Source: an uncultured Draconibacterium sp. (GTDB lineage: Bacteria > Bacteroidota > Bacteroidia > Bacteroidales > Prolixibacteraceae). From it: DNA of 64,000 nucleotides. The notes under the pieces are model-generated. The model was not told the origin of the DNA. It was given only the letters and a program-made list of their open reading frames with translations, and did no database searches. Below are positions 36,801 through 38,418 of the stretch, one piece after another. The DNA is taken from positions 529,087 to 593,086 of the forward strand of contig NZ_CAXXWU010000003.1 of assembly GCF_963675585.2 (NCBI RefSeq), written 5' to 3'. A program made the translations under genes and the position numbers. Position 1 is the first letter of the stretch. Every line of letters begins with the position of its first letter.

Positions 36801-38407
36801 CGGATAACGAGCCACTGAACGTAACATCCATTAAAATTGGTGCAACAATTTACAATATAGGTGACAGCATTTTGGTTCCTGTACTTGGAAAAATGATTCT
36901 TGCATTAAATGGAGATTTTACTTACGCTCTCAATTATCTGACAGGATCGATTCCTGAAATTCAGTACACGGTTTCTGACAGCCAGGGAGTATCTGCAAGT
37001 GCCCGAATAATTATCTACATCGAGAAGGATGATGACCTCAATCCTCCAAAACCACCGGCATATCCGGTTATTGTTAACGAGGATTATTCAACCTGTAATG
37101 ATGAATTAATTAGTGGAAACATAACTGTAAATGACTCCAGCTCAATCAGCAATCCGCAATTAAGCGTGAATACAACTCCTGTACAGAATGCGAAATACGG
37201 AACTTTCGGAATTGCAGAAACAGGTGACTTTACTTACCTGCCAGATATTGATTTTGCGGGAACCGATACCATTATTGTTTCGGTTTGCAACAGCGATACA
37301 CTCTGCTCGAACGATACGATTACCATTACCGTAATTCAGTCGATTGAAATTTCAGCCGGTGCAGACATAACAAGTTGCGAAAGTAATCAGGTAGCACTTT
37401 CGGGAACTACAACAGACCAAAACATAAGTCTGCTGTGGACCAGCGAAGGAGATGGTACATTTACCGATGCGACTTCATTAAATCCTGTTTATCAACCGGG
37501 AACTGCAGACATTGCAAGCGGATTTGTAACACTAACGTTGTCGGCTAATAGCAATAGCGGTTGCAGCATTGCTTCAGACGAAATGATGATAAGCTTTACA
37601 AATGGTGTTGAACTTTCGGCCGGTAGCGATATAGTTGCCTGTGCCGGTCAGGAAGTTACAGTACCTGATGCAATGGCCATAAACTATTCTGAAATTCGTT
37701 GGGAAACTACCGGCGACGGTGATTTGTTAGCTGCCAACACATTAAGTCCGGCTTATGTTCCTGCATCGACCGACAACAGTGAAGTTCAGTTAATTTTAAT
37801 TGCAAGTGGAACCGGAGAATGCAACCAGCAGGAAGTTCGCGATACTGTTTCGGTATTCTTCCAGGTATTAACAGTTGATATACTGGGCGACATTGAAGTT
37901 GAATACGGAAATTCGGTGATACTGAATGCGGCTGTTGAAAATGGAAGTGGTAATTATAATTACGAATGGACACCGGCAGAAATTTTACTTCAGACTGATG
38001 GAAGCTCCGTTGAAACCAGTGAATTATTGAACGACACCCAAATTCATGTTGCGGTTACTGATCTGCAAAGTGGTTGTATTGCCACAAGCGATGTAACAAT
38101 TACGGTAACTAAAAATTGGGATGACGAAATCAATATCCGTAATGGTATTTCTCCGAACGGCGATGGCAACAATGACATCTGGTATATTGAAGGAATTGAC
38201 GCTTTCCCTGAAAACGAAATAATTATTTACAACCGCTGGGGAGATGAAATTATAAGGATACGTTCTTACGATAATAATTTTAATTACTGGGATGGTTTGA
38301 ACCGCGACGGTAAACTTGTACCAAATGGAACATACTATTATCTGATTAAACTTACCGATGATAAATCGTACACCGGATGGGTACAAGTAAAAGCCAACAA
38401 CCATTAA
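3833..38407 (+). CDS. giant (11,524 aa) cell-surface protein: signal peptide, HYR-type repeats, Calx-beta repeats, cadherin-like repeats and a T9SS type-B (gliding motility-associated) C-terminal sorting domain
   Basis: The frame is uninterrupted for 34,575 nt, with TAA at 38405-38407. The N-terminus has a hydrophobic signal core ([21 protein letters not shown]). There are more than 30 Cys-containing modules of about 80-90 aa, with the patterns CP.N....C.A.V.W..PTA.DNC and D.G.C.Y.V.G.EFDP...DNC. There are about 10 [16 protein letters not shown].CG modules. By length/period estimate there are about 55-60 Calx-beta modules (..DY....G.L.F.......Q.I.V.I..D...E..E.F...L). Tandem modules ending in VND[KA]P[VI]A follow. 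The last ~90 aa read [37 protein letters not shown]...[10 protein letters not shown]...GWVQV, the hallmark of the CHU_C/TIGR04131-type CTD. Confidence 0.95.
   Translation: [11524 protein letters not shown]
4550..13370 (+). other. HYR-type (hyalin repeat-like) module array within the giant protein (aa ~240-3180)
   Basis: The block has a periodic ~80-90-aa pattern with conserved Cys pairs. It also has recurring 'DNC' and 'W(T/R)A.D..GN' motifs and inter-module linkers of the form V.D...P.I. One LDASG-type module is embedded near 6640-6900. Boundaries are approximate. Confidence 0.7.
13370..15340 (+). other. block of 8 consecutive ~78-85-aa 'C....[IV].LD[AG][ST]GN[AT][ST]I[TS]...[IV]DNGS[SF]D.CG......F.C...G...V.L.V.D..GN...C...V.V.D...P' modules
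   Basis: I read the modules directly from the translation. A ninth copy lies at about 15650-15900 and a tenth at about 6640-6900. I cannot name the family with confidence. Confidence 0.6.
25261..29010 (+). repeat. in-frame tandem repeat, 1020-bp unit (340 aa = 3 Calx-beta modules), about 3.7 copies
   Basis: The motif '(a/g)attaccgacaacga(t/c)gcggctctgctttcgattaa(c/t)tctcctgcttcgg' recurs at 25261, 26281, 27301 and 28321, exactly 1020 nt apart. Units differ by scattered, mostly synonymous substitutions. The fourth unit loses similarity near 29010 ([13 protein letters not shown] versus [14 protein letters not shown]). Confidence 0.9.
30344..35338 (+). repeat. in-frame tandem repeat, 333-bp unit (111 aa = 1 Calx-beta module), 15 copies, near-identical with higher-order structure
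   Basis: 'gaagatgtttcggaagt' recurs at 30344 and every 333 nt up to 35006. The 15 units translate to EDVSEVSI[VA]ATTQAGEP[SSD/GDN]GL[FL]TL[TS]LSNPVS[TI]AT[QL]VTFAI[ST][57 protein letters not shown][AS][ST]ADSATITI[AT]D. The last unit diverges after [11 protein letters not shown]. Confidence 0.95.
36025..37060 (+). other. cadherin-like / tandem Ig-like modules with 'DPVNDKPVA' and 'GVNDAPIA' linkers
   Basis: Three modules of about 100-110 aa run from [16 protein letters not shown] to IIIYIEKDD. They contain acidic 'ND.D.END' motifs and VND.P.A junctions typical of bacterial cadherin-like repeats. The family assignment is from memory. Confidence 0.5.
38125..38404 (+). other. T9SS type-B C-terminal sorting domain (gliding motility-associated CTD)
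   Basis: The sequence is [91 protein letters not shown]. The 'SPNGDG.ND.W.I.G', 'I.NRWG..[VI]' and 'G.YYY' motifs are the recognisable signature. Confidence 0.9.
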
Positions 38408-38418
38408 AAGTAGGTATT

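Noticed and set aside
3833-38407. The giant ORF could be a pseudogene, a fusion artefact or several genes.
   Set aside because: There is no in-frame stop in 34,575 nt. The domain grammar is continuous across all block junctions. A signal peptide occurs only at the N-terminus and a CTD only at the C-terminus. The copy number of the internal arrays remains uncertain.
38377-38418. The ORF-track start of the sprF-like gene overlaps the end of the giant gene.
   Set aside because: The extension (MGTSKSQQPLKVGI) precedes two better-placed ATGs at 38419 and 38467. The ATG at 38467 gives a canonical signal peptide directly before the AQQDP motif.
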